The notes beneath the pieces are model-generated. The model ran no database searches, was not told the DNA's origin, and was given only the letters and a program-made list of their open reading frames with translations. 64,000 bases of DNA from the sequence record NC_054905.1; one strand, written 5' to 3'. The stretch comes from Enterobacteria phage Kha5h. Positions 18,863-28,570 of the stretch are shown here, piece after piece. The first letter of the stretch is position 1; every line of letters begins with the position of its first letter. A program made the position numbers and the translations under genes.

Positions 18863-18880
18863 AGGGACCCGGAGGTCCCT
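18863..18880 (-). terminator. hairpin after gene 43
   Basis: AGGGACC-CGGA-GGTCCCT. Confidence 0.55.
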
Positions 18881-18892
18881 AGATTTATTCTA

Positions 18893-21589
18893 TCAGCCAA
18901 ACAGGAAGTCTAACGAAGCTTTTTCTTCATAGTCCATGCCAGCCGATTCACACATACCCGCAAGCGGTTTAACAAACGATTTTTGGAACAAAGTTGAGTA
19001 GTCAATCCAAGACAGTACGTCAGAACGAATTTCTTTTGGAAGTTCTGTACCCGACGGCCAAGCAATGCATTTGTCACCAAATGGATTTCCTTCACGCAAT
19101 GGAAGAACCATTACTTTATTTCCATCCAAAATTGGAGCTACACCTAAACCGCTAACAGCTCGACGATAAGTTAGCACACCACGAATATGGAACGGACATT
19201 TAAATCCTGGCCAACCTTTATCATCATATTTCGCTATATCGTTCGCAGTTTTTACTTCAGCAATAACTTTATAGTCAAGTTGACGATATTCTTTCTCGAA
19301 GTTCTTGTAATATTCTTGGACAGACTCTTCACCTTCCTGAAGAATACGACGAATACTTTCTTCGAGAGCTTCTTGAACCGCTTTAGGCGTTGAACTTTGC
19401 TGAGTTTCCATACCCATGATTTTTAGATGCGGTTCAGCAAATCGCTTATCTTCCATATCATAAACGTTCAGAGCATAACGCTTTTTCGCTTTCCAAAATC
19501 CACCAACACCCTTTGAACCAAGCGGAGGGCAAGAAATAGCTTCACGGTCCATATGCATCAGATGCTCGCGGTTATTCATATAATCACATAACTCACGATA
19601 TGCAACATCAATCATAGGTTCCATCTTTTTCTTACCGAACTGATTCATAAATTCAACCAAATCGTTCTGCTCTTTGAATCGGTCAAGACCTACTTTTTCA
19701 ATAACTTTATCTACGCAAACATATACCGAATCAGTATCACCTGCTGCGATGAAATCTTCGCCATTAGTTCCGCACACTTTATTCAGATACTCATTAATTT
19801 TACGAGCAATCCACTGAATACCAACTTGGCCGAAAATTGTGATAGCAGTAGCATTTCGCAAATCATAGTAACGGAAATGAATATTACCAAGAGCACCGTA
19901 AAGGCTGTTAATAAGAATTTTACGGTTCAGCTGATTTGTATTAGCAAGTGTAGCTGCTTTTTCACATTCCTCAATCAGACTATTGAGAACAGATTCAGTA
20001 TAATTCGATAGTTCATTTAAGAAATCATCATTGAACTTAACATATCGTTCAACTTCTGGTTTAGTTGAACAAGACCCTGCGCCTTTCATAATAATCTTTT
20101 TAATAGCTTCGGCATTCATTTCTTCAGCGAACATTTTCTTTTTCCAATCTTTACGCTGGAAAAATACTTTAGCGATTTCCTTTGGAATGATACCTTCTTG
20201 ATGCTTATCGTACATCCATCCATTCGGAGAACAAGAATATTCATCACTCGGTTTAGGAGCTGTTCCTGCGATATATTCATGAATTGGATGAACTTTAAAC
20301 TGACCACGAATAGTCTCAGGACTAATGTTAACCTGACGAATAATGCTCGGATACAGAGACGTCAAGTCAAAACTCATAATATATCGACGAGCAATTGGTT
20401 TAGGTTCAAATACAAATGCACCCGGAAAACTTTGTTTAACGTGCGAACCTTGTTGAGGAATAACCTTGTGTTCACCTTTCAATGAGTTAAAAATAATAGC
20501 ATCCCAAGTTTTAATAGGACTCATTACACCAGAAAAAGGCATTTTAGCGTAATAAGACATACTTAAAACTAGATCGATAAACCCGCGAATTTTATCAATT
20601 GCTTGAACTGATTCTACGTCAATGATGTTATAACTAATGTATCGTTGATGATTAGTCTCACGAAGTTTATTAATAGGACCGTCGTATGGTAATTTACCTT
20701 TTTTGGTTTCATGTTGAGCAACTGATTCCAAAGAGAATGACGGCAAATTAGTAAAAGCAAATTTCTTGTACAAATCTAAATAATCAAGAATAGATACGCC
20801 ATCAATAGAATAAATTTCTTTGCTGCCGTACATATTTTGAATTAGTTTAGATTTTACTCGACCGATTGGAGAGAAGCGTTTCATACTACGTTCACCGAGA
20901 ACCATTTTAACGCGATTCATGATATACGGAACGTCAAATCCCTCAATATTCCAACCAGTAAAAATAGCAGGTCGTTTCTGTTCCCAGAGATTGATATATT
21001 CCATGAGCATATCACGCTCATTATCGAATGGCATATAAATTACTCGGTCAAGAATTTCTTGAGGAACTTCATCACCACCTTCACAGTCAAGCTTAGCAGC
21101 TAACTTTGCATCCCATTTTGATACTGAACCGTACATTGAATTCAAAAGGTCGAAAACATAAAAACGATCATCAATTGAATCGTAATGAGTGATAGCATCA
21201 ATTTCATATTCAGCTTTCATTGGGTCAGGAAATTTATCACCAGTAACCTCAATGTCACAGTTAGCTACACGAACAAATTTTCGGTCATAAACAATTTCTG
21301 AACCGTATGTATCACTGATATAAGCGAGTTTAAAATCGTTCATACCGAGAGCTTCGAGACCGATGTCTTCCATTCGTTTCATCCAATCTCGAGCATCTTT
21401 CATTGATGGAAATTTTTGAGGAGCGCAGTTTTTACCATAGATGTCTTTGTATTTTGACTCTTCCTTACAATGCCTAAACATAGTTGGAAGATATTCTACT
21501 TCACGAGTACGTTCCTTTCCGTTTTCATCAATATAACGTTCAACAATGTTATTTCCAACTGTTTCGATAGAGATATAAAATTCTTTCAT
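18893..21589 (-). CDS. 43: DNA polymerase gp43 (family B)
   Basis: 898 aa; exonuclease and polymerase motifs (DTDS); recognised as T4 gp43. Confidence 0.97.
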   Translation of the reverse strand: MKEFYISIETVGNNIVERYIDENGKERTREVEYLPTMFRHCKEESKYKDIYGKNCAPQKFPSMKDARDWMKRMEDIGLEALGMNDFKLAYISDTYGSEIVYDRKFVRVANCDIEVTGDKFPDPMKAEYEIDAITHYDSIDDRFYVFDLLNSMYGSVSKWDAKLAAKLDCEGGDEVPQEILDRVIYMPFDNERDMLMEYINLWEQKRPAIFTGWNIEGFDVPYIMNRVKMVLGERSMKRFSPIGRVKSKLIQNMYGSKEIYSIDGVSILDYLDLYKKFAFTNLPSFSLESVAQHETKKGKLPYDGPINKLRETNHQRYISYNIIDVESVQAIDKIRGFIDLVLSMSYYAKMPFSGVMSPIKTWDAIIFNSLKGEHKVIPQQGSHVKQSFPGAFVFEPKPIARRYIMSFDLTSLYPSIIRQVNISPETIRGQFKVHPIHEYIAGTAPKPSDEYSCSPNGWMYDKHQEGIIPKEIAKVFFQRKDWKKKMFAEEMNAEAIKKIIMKGAGSCSTKPEVERYVKFNDDFLNELSNYTESVLNSLIEECEKAATLANTNQLNRKILINSLYGALGNIHFRYYDLRNATAITIFGQVGIQWIARKINEYLNKVCGTNGEDFIAAGDTDSVYVCVDKVIEKVGLDRFKEQNDLVEFMNQFGKKKMEPMIDVAYRELCDYMNNREHLMHMDREAISCPPLGSKGVGGFWKAKKRYALNVYDMEDKRFAEPHLKIMGMETQQSSTPKAVQEALEESIRRILQEGEESVQEYYKNFEKEYRQLDYKVIAEVKTANDIAKYDDKGWPGFKCPFHIRGVLTYRRAVSGLGVAPILDGNKVMVLPLREGNPFGDKCIAWPSGTELPKEIRSDVLSWIDYSTLFQKSFVKPLAGMCESAGMDYEEKASLDFLFG

Positions 21590-21591
21590 AG

Positions 21592-21626
21592 ATATTCCTT
21601 AGTTTATAGCCCGAGTTATTAGGCTC
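21592..21626 (-). promoter_or_regulatory. gene 43 translational operator (hairpin + SD)
   Basis: mRNA GAGCCUAAUAACUCGGGCU hairpin (5-bp stem, 8-nt loop) next to AAGGAA SD, matching the T4 gp43 operator as I recall it. Confidence 0.6.
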
Positions 21627-21647
21627 TTGATATATTATACTCCAAAT

Positions 21648-21665
21648 AAGGGGCCGAAGCCCCTT
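21648..21665 (-). terminator. tetraloop hairpin between 21670..21906 and the gene 43 leader
   Basis: AAGGGGC-CGAA-GCCCCTT. Confidence 0.55.
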
Positions 21666-21669
21666 TGCT

Positions 21670-21906
21670 TTAAATTTCTACTGTACAACGCGATATAACG
21701 GACTTGCCATCTTTATTTGTGGTTTTGATAATCGCATGAAATGCGCGTTGGCGTGGGTAAACTAATCGTTGGAATTCTTTTTGGAATTCTATTTGTTTAT
21801 CTTCCGGGAGGTCAAAAACCAGTTGGGTAGAAGACAGACCATATGTTTGTTTTAGATTTTCGAATATTAGAAAAGCTTCGGTAAACTGAATCTCTGATTG
21901 TGTCAT
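21670..21906 (-). CDS. hypothetical protein (78 aa from MTQSEIQF)
   Basis: SD AAGG upstream of ATG at 21906; track ORF extends into regA. Confidence 0.4.
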   Translation of the reverse strand: MTQSEIQFTEAFLIFENLKQTYGLSSTQLVFDLPEDKQIEFQKEFQRLVYPRQRAFHAIIKTTNKDGKSVISRCTVEI

Positions 21907-21916
21907 ATAATTTACC

Positions 21917-22285
21917 TTAATTACCAATCGTATATTTAGGAACGAGTTTCCATTCATGTTTTTGTTTAAAAGAAATAACTCGGAAGTTATTAGTTAAATC
22001 TTTCATAAAAGTTCTTTGACCAGGAACGATTTCAATCAGTCCCCAATCTTCTAACAACCATGCAATCGAATCACGACGAACTTCATCTTCTTCTGTCATT
22101 TCAACTTGACGGCCATCCATACGAAGCATTTCTTTAAAATGAACGATATAGTATAGTCCTTTTTTCTGAAGAATATGACAGGACTGATACAGAACTTTAT
22201 CTTTATTATTAGCAATTCCCATACGAGTCAAAGTTTCTTTTACTTTCAGAAAATCTTCAGGTTTTTTAAGAGTAATTTCAATCAT
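21917..22285 (-). CDS. regA: translational repressor RegA
   Basis: 122 aa; recognised as T4 RegA. Confidence 0.9.
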   Translation of the reverse strand: MIEITLKKPEDFLKVKETLTRMGIANNKDKVLYQSCHILQKKGLYYIVHFKEMLRMDGRQVEMTEEDEVRRDSIAWLLEDWGLIEIVPGQRTFMKDLTNNFRVISFKQKHEWKLVPKYTIGN

Positions 22286-22286
22286 T

Positions 22287-22850
22287 TTACCATTCCAATG
22301 CTAGTTTTTTGAGTTGTTTCTGTTCTTTTACGTTCTTAGTCACTTCTTTTAAAAAATCATCCGTGACTAATCCTTTAAGTTCTTTTAATACTAAAGGTAG
22401 TTTTCCATTTTTAGTAAGAATTGATTTATAGTTAATTGCATCATTTGTATTAACTTGATACCGCTTAGCAAGTAACTTAATAATCAATACTTCGGTGGAA
22501 TCTTCAACTAGTTTTGCCCATTTACCATATCTTTTACCACGAGGAACTGCAGCCATTAGATAATTAAAATGAGCTTCATCACTTAAGCCTGATCCAATTA
22601 AATTCATAGCATATACAGCTGGCATGCACTCTGGAAATTGTGATAATGCATTTTCAACCATGAATTTTGAATAATCTTTTTGAGCAATAGAGCATTTAGT
22701 TTTATTATTAATAGCTCCAATTATTTCAAAAAATTCATTTTCAGCTTTTTCTTTAAAAGTATCAGCAGCAGATTGGACAGCTGTCCAATCTTTAGAATAC
22801 CAAGCAACTTGATGCTCGTTTAATTGAATATCATCTTCAAATAAGCTCAT
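22287..22850 (-). CDS. 62: clamp-loader subunit gp62
   Basis: 187 aa from MSLFEDD; ATG 1 nt after gp44 stop. Confidence 0.85.
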   Translation of the reverse strand: MSLFEDDIQLNEHQVAWYSKDWTAVQSAADTFKEKAENEFFEIIGAINNKTKCSIAQKDYSKFMVENALSQFPECMPAVYAMNLIGSGLSDEAHFNYLMAAVPRGKRYGKWAKLVEDSTEVLIIKLLAKRYQVNTNDAINYKSILTKNGKLPLVLKELKGLVTDDFLKEVTKNVKEQKQLKKLALEW

Positions 22851-22851
22851 A

Positions 22852-23811
22852 TCACTTCCACTGCATTTCACATGCTAATTGAATGAAAAGATAAACTAAA
22901 TGTAATTCAGTGTTAGCTGCAATTCCATGATACTGATTATTTTCACCAACAATTTCGTACATACGAATAATACTTTGTGGAGTTACACGTGAATAGATTT
23001 CTTCGGCAAGTTTACCCACGAACCACGAATAATCGGCTGCATATTTTGGTGCTAAAGCTCTGAGTTGTTTAACATCTTTATTTTTGAGAGACTCAAGAAC
23101 ATCATCAATAGCACCACGATCGTTAGTAACCAGTGATAAAATACCAGCATCCAAAACACCTTTAGATGAATAACTATCGAGCTCGCCAATAGTTTTACGA
23201 AAATCAGGAAAATTCTTTTTAACCAAAGCTGCTACAACTTTCATATCAGCTATAGCAATACCTTCATGTTTACAGATTTCAGTCAATCGACGAATCATCT
23301 GCTTCATCATTTCAATTTTATCTTCATCGGTCGGTTGACCGAATGTAATAACTCGGCAGCGTGACTGAAGTGGTTTAATAATACCATCAATATTGTTAGC
23401 AGTAATAATAATACTACAGTTTGAACTATAAGCTTCCATAAAGGAACGAAGATGTCGCTGAGATTCTGCTAAACCTGAACGGTCAAATTCATCAATAACA
23501 ATTACCTTTTGACGACCATCAAATGAAGCGGCGCTGGCAAAATTAGTCAAAGGACCACGAACGAAATCAATTTTACAGTCTGATCCATTCACAAACATCA
23601 TATCAGCATTTACATCATGACACAATGCTTTTGCTACAGTTGTTTTACCTGTTCCTGGAGAAGGAGAATGAAGAATAATATGTGGAATCTTACCTTTACT
23701 TGTAATAGATTTAAAGGTTTCTTTATCAAAGGCGGGAAGAATACATTCATCGATAGTAGATGGACGATATTTCTGTTCAAGAATGTGTTCTTTTTCATTT
23801 ACGGTAATCAT
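22852..23811 (-). CDS. 44: clamp-loader ATPase gp44
   Basis: 319 aa from MITVNEK; Walker A GTGKTT; AAA+. Confidence 0.9.
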   Translation of the reverse strand: MITVNEKEHILEQKYRPSTIDECILPAFDKETFKSITSKGKIPHIILHSPSPGTGKTTVAKALCHDVNADMMFVNGSDCKIDFVRGPLTNFASAASFDGRQKVIVIDEFDRSGLAESQRHLRSFMEAYSSNCSIIITANNIDGIIKPLQSRCRVITFGQPTDEDKIEMMKQMIRRLTEICKHEGIAIADMKVVAALVKKNFPDFRKTIGELDSYSSKGVLDAGILSLVTNDRGAIDDVLESLKNKDVKQLRALAPKYAADYSWFVGKLAEEIYSRVTPQSIIRMYEIVGENNQYHGIAANTELHLVYLFIQLACEMQWK

Positions 23812-23845
23812 AATTTCCTCATTCAAGTTTTAGTGTAAATTATAA

Positions 23846-23859
23846 AGGGCCGAAGCCCT
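23846..23859 (-). terminator. tetraloop hairpin between genes 44 and 45
   Basis: AGGGC-CGAA-GCCCT. Confidence 0.5.
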
Positions 23860-23862
23860 CTA

Positions 23863-24549
23863 TTAAAAATCGTGGGTAGAATCAGCTTCAAGAGCTACTA
23901 CATAATTCGCGTGTTCACCTTCAAATTTAGCAGCGCCTTGTTTACCTTTTGCCCAGAGCAGAAGTTTATAATTTCCTGGTTGCATTTTCATATTTGCCAT
24001 ATTGATAATGAAATTAAATGTATTTTCACCATCATAATCACCAAGAGTCAAAGAATATTTAACACGGGTCAGAGCAGAATCTTCTACTTTATTAAAACCG
24101 TTAATTACGATTTTACCTTCTTTTACCGTGATAGCAATTGTATCAATTTGCAGACCACGAGATACACGCAACAGTTGTTGAAGGTCTTCAGCTTTAATTT
24201 CAGTAACAACAGATGCTACCGGGAATGGAATTGGTTTATTAGGAGCAACTACTGTACTCGGATCGGCTGCTGGCCAAAAAATTGTTGAACGAGCATCAGC
24301 AATTTTAATATTTCCATCTTCTGACTGGGAAATTTCTGCATCATCATTAACTAGCGACAGAATACCGAGAAAACCGTTCAAATCGTAAATTGCTACATCA
24401 AAATCAATAACGTCAGAAATATTTGCTTCCGCATAAGTTGTACCATTAACTGCGCGAGTCATAATAAATTGACCGGATTTAAGCATAATACCAGAGTTAA
24501 TAGTAGCGAAATTTTTAAGCAGAGCAGTAGTATCTTTAGACAGTTTCAT
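23863..24549 (-). CDS. 45: sliding clamp gp45
   Basis: 228 aa; MotA-box promoter upstream; hairpin downstream. Confidence 0.85.
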   Translation of the reverse strand: MKLSKDTTALLKNFATINSGIMLKSGQFIMTRAVNGTTYAEANISDVIDFDVAIYDLNGFLGILSLVNDDAEISQSEDGNIKIADARSTIFWPAADPSTVVAPNKPIPFPVASVVTEIKAEDLQQLLRVSRGLQIDTIAITVKEGKIVINGFNKVEDSALTRVKYSLTLGDYDGENTFNFIINMANMKMQPGNYKLLLWAKGKQGAAKFEGEHANYVVALEADSTHDF

Positions 24550-24578
24550 GTAATTTCCTTCAATTCAAATGAGATTTA

Positions 24579-24603
24579 ATTTTATAACTAATTTAATAAA
24601 GCA
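24579..24603 (-). promoter_or_regulatory. middle promoter (MotA box + TAAAAT) for gene 45
   Basis: TGCTTTA then 12 nt then TAAAAT on minus strand. Confidence 0.5.
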
Positions 24604-24604
24604 A

Positions 24605-24994
24605 TTAACGATTAAAATCAGCTGCGATTGTTTCGGCAACAATTTGAGCAGCAACAATCAGACGTTCATCTGCATTGCCGCAATATTCATCTTCAAGGCG
24701 TTCACCACATGAAGTCATAATAAATTTAGCACCGGCGTTTAGGGATTCTGCAGTATGTTTGCGCATTAGTTCAATCCATTTATTACTTACTTCACGATCG
24801 ATAGCTTCATAATACGCATGACGAGCAGGTGCAGATTTAATTTTGTTCTGAATAACTTCCATTGCGTTATCAGAAAGAGACAAAACCCATGCTCGACGAA
24901 TTTTATTTTGGTTTTGTGGATTTGATTCAGAACGCACGTGTTTTGGCTGAATATCTTTTACATCAACAGTATAATTCACAGTAATTTTAGTCAT
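24605..24994 (-). CDS. rpbA: RNA polymerase-binding protein RpbA
   Basis: 129 aa; position upstream of 45. Confidence 0.7.
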   Translation of the reverse strand: MTKITVNYTVDVKDIQPKHVRSESNPQNQNKIRRAWVLSLSDNAMEVIQNKIKSAPARHAYYEAIDREVSNKWIELMRKHTAESLNAGAKFIMTSCGERLEDEYCGNADERLIVAAQIVAETIAADFNR

Positions 24995-25003
24995 AATACA
25001 CCT

Positions 25004-25192
25004 TTAGTCATAATAATCAGTAACAGTCCAAGCTTCATTTCTATTGGACATTATTTTTGTATATTCTGCTTTAAATGCATTCCTAAGCATAGATTCAGTA
25101 ACTATATGCTCTTCATTAGAAAAATTATTTCTCAGAATATATCGTTTTATTTCAGGAAAAGTTAATAGATGCTGTCCAGTTGAATATTCCAT
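25004..25192 (-). CDS. hypothetical small protein
   Basis: Track ORF 62 aa; SD GGAGG; MotA-box promoter 25210-25233. Confidence 0.45.
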   Translation of the reverse strand: MEYSTGQHLLTFPEIKRYILRNNFSNEEHIVTESMLRNAFKAEYTKIMSNRNEAWTVTDYYD

Positions 25193-25209
25193 GTTTTTCC
25201 TCCATAGAG

Positions 25210-25233
25210 ATTATACTCTAATAAATTAAAGCA
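25210..25233 (-). promoter_or_regulatory. middle promoter (MotA box + TATAAT)
   Basis: TGCTTTA then 12 nt then TATAAT; upstream of 25004..25192 and rpbA. Confidence 0.5.
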
Positions 25234-25247
25234 TAATCTCTTATAAA

Positions 25248-26930
25248 TTAAACCATTACAGTAAATCGACCAACTTTCTTCATTTGAAGATGCTGACCGT
25301 ATGCTTGCGGGTCATGGTCTCTATGTGAAATAACAAAAACATTAGTATTTTTTAAACTATCTAAAATAGTTGAAATAGCTTTTACACCTTCAACGTCGGT
25401 CGCTGAATCAAAAACTTCATCAAGAATTAGTGTGTTTATTTTAACACCTGAAACTTTTTCAGCAATATCACGCCAAGTAAATAAAAGAGCAATATCAATT
25501 CGCGCTTTTTCACCTTGACTGAATGAAGCATAACTAAAATCTTCACGACCACGGGATTTAATTGTCTCATTAAATTCTTCATCTAATGTAAACACATAAT
25601 CCGCTTCCATTATTTTAAGATAATGGTTAATCTGCTTATTAAATAATGGAATGTACTTTTTAATAATAGCACCTTTAATACCAGAATCTTTGAGCATATC
25701 AGTCAAAATTCCTCTGTGGTATTTTTCCATTACTAAATTAGTTTTTGTCTTAACAATTTTATCAAGTTCTTCTTGAAGCAGTGCTATTTCATCAGCATGG
25801 TCAATAAACTCAGAAGATGCTTTTTCTATAGCCGCTTTAACCTTTTTAGCTTTATCTACTGTCGTGATTAGAGATTGCTTTTTATTGCGAATATCATTTG
25901 CCAACGACTGTTGGGTTTTAATATTATCTCGGTATTCATCAACAAGAACTTTTAAATTATCACGATGTGTTGAAAGCTGTTCAAACGAATGCGTACATTC
26001 AGAAACTTTATCTTTAATTTTAGAAACAACTTTATCACCTGAACTTAATTGTGACAAGCAGGTTGGACATAATCCACCTTCGTGATACATATTAATGACT
26101 TTATTATACGAGTCAATTTTTGATTTAATTAAAACTGCTTCTTGACCGATTTTATTAAATGCATCAGTTGGGTCTTCATCCAAAACAATATTAACTAATC
26201 TTTCATTAGCTTCTTCTATTTCCGATTTTAGCGTTCTAGCTTCTTTTGCCAAATCATCATACATATTTTGTAGACGAGTAAGGTTGTCACCAGTTAATTT
26301 TTTCTGGCGTTCAACGTTATCATTATATATTTTAATTTGTTGGATAATACTATCTTTTTTAACATCAAGCACTTGGTTCTGCGAATTTAATTCACGTATT
26401 AGTGCTTTATTAAGCTTATCCATTTCAGCTAATGTTCCTACCTCAAGCAGGTCTTCCACAAGCTTTCTTCGTGCAGGGGTCGACAAACCCATGAAAGGGG
26501 TATACCCTGCTGTACCAAGGACAACAATCTGCTTGAAACTGGCATATGACATTCCGATAAGCTGTTCAAATTCTGCTTGGAAATCTTTACTGCTGGCAGA
26601 TTCATTAAGACGTGTACCGTTAACGGTGATTTCGAAAACGTTTGGTTTTTGTCCTCTTTTGATATAATACTTTTTCTCATCATATTCCATCCACAGTTCA
26701 ACTAAAAGTTCTTTCTTATTTGTGCTGTTTATTAATTGACCTTTCTTTACATCACGAAATGGCTTGCCAAAAAGCCCAAATGTGATGGCTTCTAACATAG
26801 TAGACTTACCACCGCCATTTCGTCCAGTAATAAGAGTTTTTTGAACCTTATCTAGTTGAATGTCAATAGGATTTCCACCTACTGACATTATATTTTGATA
26901 CCTAACTCGGTTTAGTTTAAAATTCTTCAC
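25248..26930 (-). CDS. 46: recombination nuclease subunit gp46 (Rad50/SbcC-like)
   Basis: 560 aa; Walker A GRNGGGKST; coiled coil with CPTC zinc hook. Confidence 0.9.
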   Translation of the reverse strand: MKNFKLNRVRYQNIMSVGGNPIDIQLDKVQKTLITGRNGGGKSTMLEAITFGLFGKPFRDVKKGQLINSTNKKELLVELWMEYDEKKYYIKRGQKPNVFEITVNGTRLNESASSKDFQAEFEQLIGMSYASFKQIVVLGTAGYTPFMGLSTPARRKLVEDLLEVGTLAEMDKLNKALIRELNSQNQVLDVKKDSIIQQIKIYNDNVERQKKLTGDNLTRLQNMYDDLAKEARTLKSEIEEANERLVNIVLDEDPTDAFNKIGQEAVLIKSKIDSYNKVINMYHEGGLCPTCLSQLSSGDKVVSKIKDKVSECTHSFEQLSTHRDNLKVLVDEYRDNIKTQQSLANDIRNKKQSLITTVDKAKKVKAAIEKASSEFIDHADEIALLQEELDKIVKTKTNLVMEKYHRGILTDMLKDSGIKGAIIKKYIPLFNKQINHYLKIMEADYVFTLDEEFNETIKSRGREDFSYASFSQGEKARIDIALLFTWRDIAEKVSGVKINTLILDEVFDSATDVEGVKAISTILDSLKNTNVFVISHRDHDPQAYGQHLQMKKVGRFTVMV

Positions 26931-27190
26931 AAAAGATTCCTTTTAATGTATCTTTTAGACCATTCTATCATATCATCATAATCTAAAAAGTATTCATCAA
27001 ATTCAGCCATGCAAACAACACCTTGTGCTGTTTTTGATGTAATATAAATTATTCCAACATATCTAGAATCTTCTTCGGTATAATCAATGTTTGCTATGAA
27101 TTCATCATTAATGTCAAATGTCGAAAACTTCACAGTATGCATCCTTAATACAAGATACAGCCATATCTCGTAATGATTTAGGTGTGTCAT
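26927..27190 (-). CDS. hypothetical small protein
   Basis: Track ORF; true start probably internal. Confidence 0.4.
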   Translation of the reverse strand: MTHLNHYEIWLYLVLRMHTVKFSTFDINDEFIANIDYTEEDSRYVGIIYITSKTAQGVVCMAEFDEYFLDYDDMIEWSKRYIKRNLL

Positions 27191-27377
27191 TATCTAAAAT
27201 GTTGAAGTTAAAAGATACAGCCCAGTCAGTGCAGACTGTAACCTTTTTAATACAATTATCTTCAACCTCTAGCGGTTCAAACCAATATTCAATAATTTCT
27301 TTATGACCAATATCATCTTTTACTTCGCATTCAAAATGCTGACTCATCATAACATTTTTAAATTCATCAAAAGTCAT
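27114..27377 (-). CDS. hypothetical small protein
   Basis: Track ORF 87 aa. Confidence 0.45.
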   Translation of the reverse strand: MTFDEFKNVMMSQHFECEVKDDIGHKEIIEYWFEPLEVEDNCIKKVTVCTDWAVSFNFNILDNDTPKSLRDMAVSCIKDAYCEVFDI

Positions 27378-28393
27378 TGTGTTGCCTCTACATATAGCTG
27401 ATTTGCATATTGAATAAGTGCTTCACGGTCAGAATCAGTGATGTCTGGAATTGCATTAATGTATTCTTCCATCAACGTCTGAAGAGATTGAACTTCAACT
27501 TCTTCACTATCATCTGACTCGACAGAGTTATCAATCTTTGACACAACTCGTAACGAATGCACAACTTTTTCTAGTTCAGATTCGAACTTCGTTAGATTTT
27601 TGTCTACTTCAGTTACTATAACACGTACTGATAGATTTGTAAAATCTTTATAGTCAATTTTTCCTTTAAATGGATAATGAATTCTACGATGCCAGGTAGT
27701 ATTGTTTGGAATAAATTCCATTCGTTCTGTTTCTGTATCAAACATCCAGAACCCACGAGGGTCATTCTCGTCACCTGCAGTTAGTGTCCATGGTGTCCCA
27801 ATATATCTGACGTTTGCAGCCTCAGAAATAGTATGGAAGTGACCAGACCACACTTCTTTATAAGTCTTAAGGAAATCAGGTTCAAGACCGTGAGATTTCA
27901 TTCCTTTATAAAAATAAAATCCATTCAGTTCCCAGTGACCAACACAAAAAGAAGCAGATGAAGTTTTGATGTGCTCAAGAATTTCACCAGTATTTTCTTC
28001 ACACATCCAAGGAATTAAATCAATTAAACATCCGTCAAAATCTACTGTTGTAGGCTTATCATATACTTTAACATTGGGATATTTAGCCAAAAGCTCAGTA
28101 GAAGCATTTGGATGCATTACATTTTTGTAGTGGAGATCGTGATTTCCTACAATAGTATGTAATGTGATTCCAGCATCATCAAGCATTTGAACTATTTCGC
28201 GAGCGAACTCCATAGTTTTATGCGTGATTGCTTTTCGCACATCAAAAATATCGCCGTATTGAATCCATGTAGTAATTCCATTTTTCTTAGAATATTCTAT
28301 TGCTTGTTTAATTCCATCAATTTGAATACCGCGAATCCACTCATCATCAGCTTTAACGCCTAAATGCCAATCACCTAAATTTAAAATTTTCAT
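27374..28393 (-). CDS. 47: recombination nuclease subunit gp47 (Mre11/SbcD-like)
   Basis: 339 aa; phosphoesterase motifs DWHLG, GNHD. Confidence 0.9.
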   Translation of the reverse strand: MKILNLGDWHLGVKADDEWIRGIQIDGIKQAIEYSKKNGITTWIQYGDIFDVRKAITHKTMEFAREIVQMLDDAGITLHTIVGNHDLHYKNVMHPNASTELLAKYPNVKVYDKPTTVDFDGCLIDLIPWMCEENTGEILEHIKTSSASFCVGHWELNGFYFYKGMKSHGLEPDFLKTYKEVWSGHFHTISEAANVRYIGTPWTLTAGDENDPRGFWMFDTETERMEFIPNNTTWHRRIHYPFKGKIDYKDFTNLSVRVIVTEVDKNLTKFESELEKVVHSLRVVSKIDNSVESDDSEEVEVQSLQTLMEEYINAIPDITDSDREALIQYANQLYVEATQ

Positions 28394-28530
28394 ATATCAA
28401 GAACCGTCATTGAAATGCAAAATAAAATTATTGAAATAAATCCATCTGGAGTGCTAAAGAACCCAATCCAACATGCTCTAGTGAATAGATAAAATGCAAG
28501 AAAAAGTATCACATATCCAAGAAATATCAT
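28390..28530 (-). CDS. small hydrophobic peptide (46 aa) below track cutoff
   Basis: Stop TGA overlaps gp47 ATG; MIFLGYVILFLAFYLFTRACWIGFF... Confidence 0.35.
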   Translation of the reverse strand: MIFLGYVILFLAFYLFTRACWIGFFSTPDGFISIILFCISMTVLDI

Positions 28531-28554
28531 TATATCAAACTCCGTATAAAGCTA

Positions 28555-28570
28555 AAGGGCCGAAGCCCTT
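28555..28570 (-). terminator. tetraloop hairpin after alpha-gt
   Basis: AAGGGC-CGAA-GCCCTT; stop codon inside stem. Confidence 0.55.

Noticed and set aside
21670-21957. Long form (95 aa) of the ORF upstream of gene 43
   Set aside because: Its first 17 codons overlap the regA 3' end; the internal ATG at 21906 with an SD is the more plausible start.
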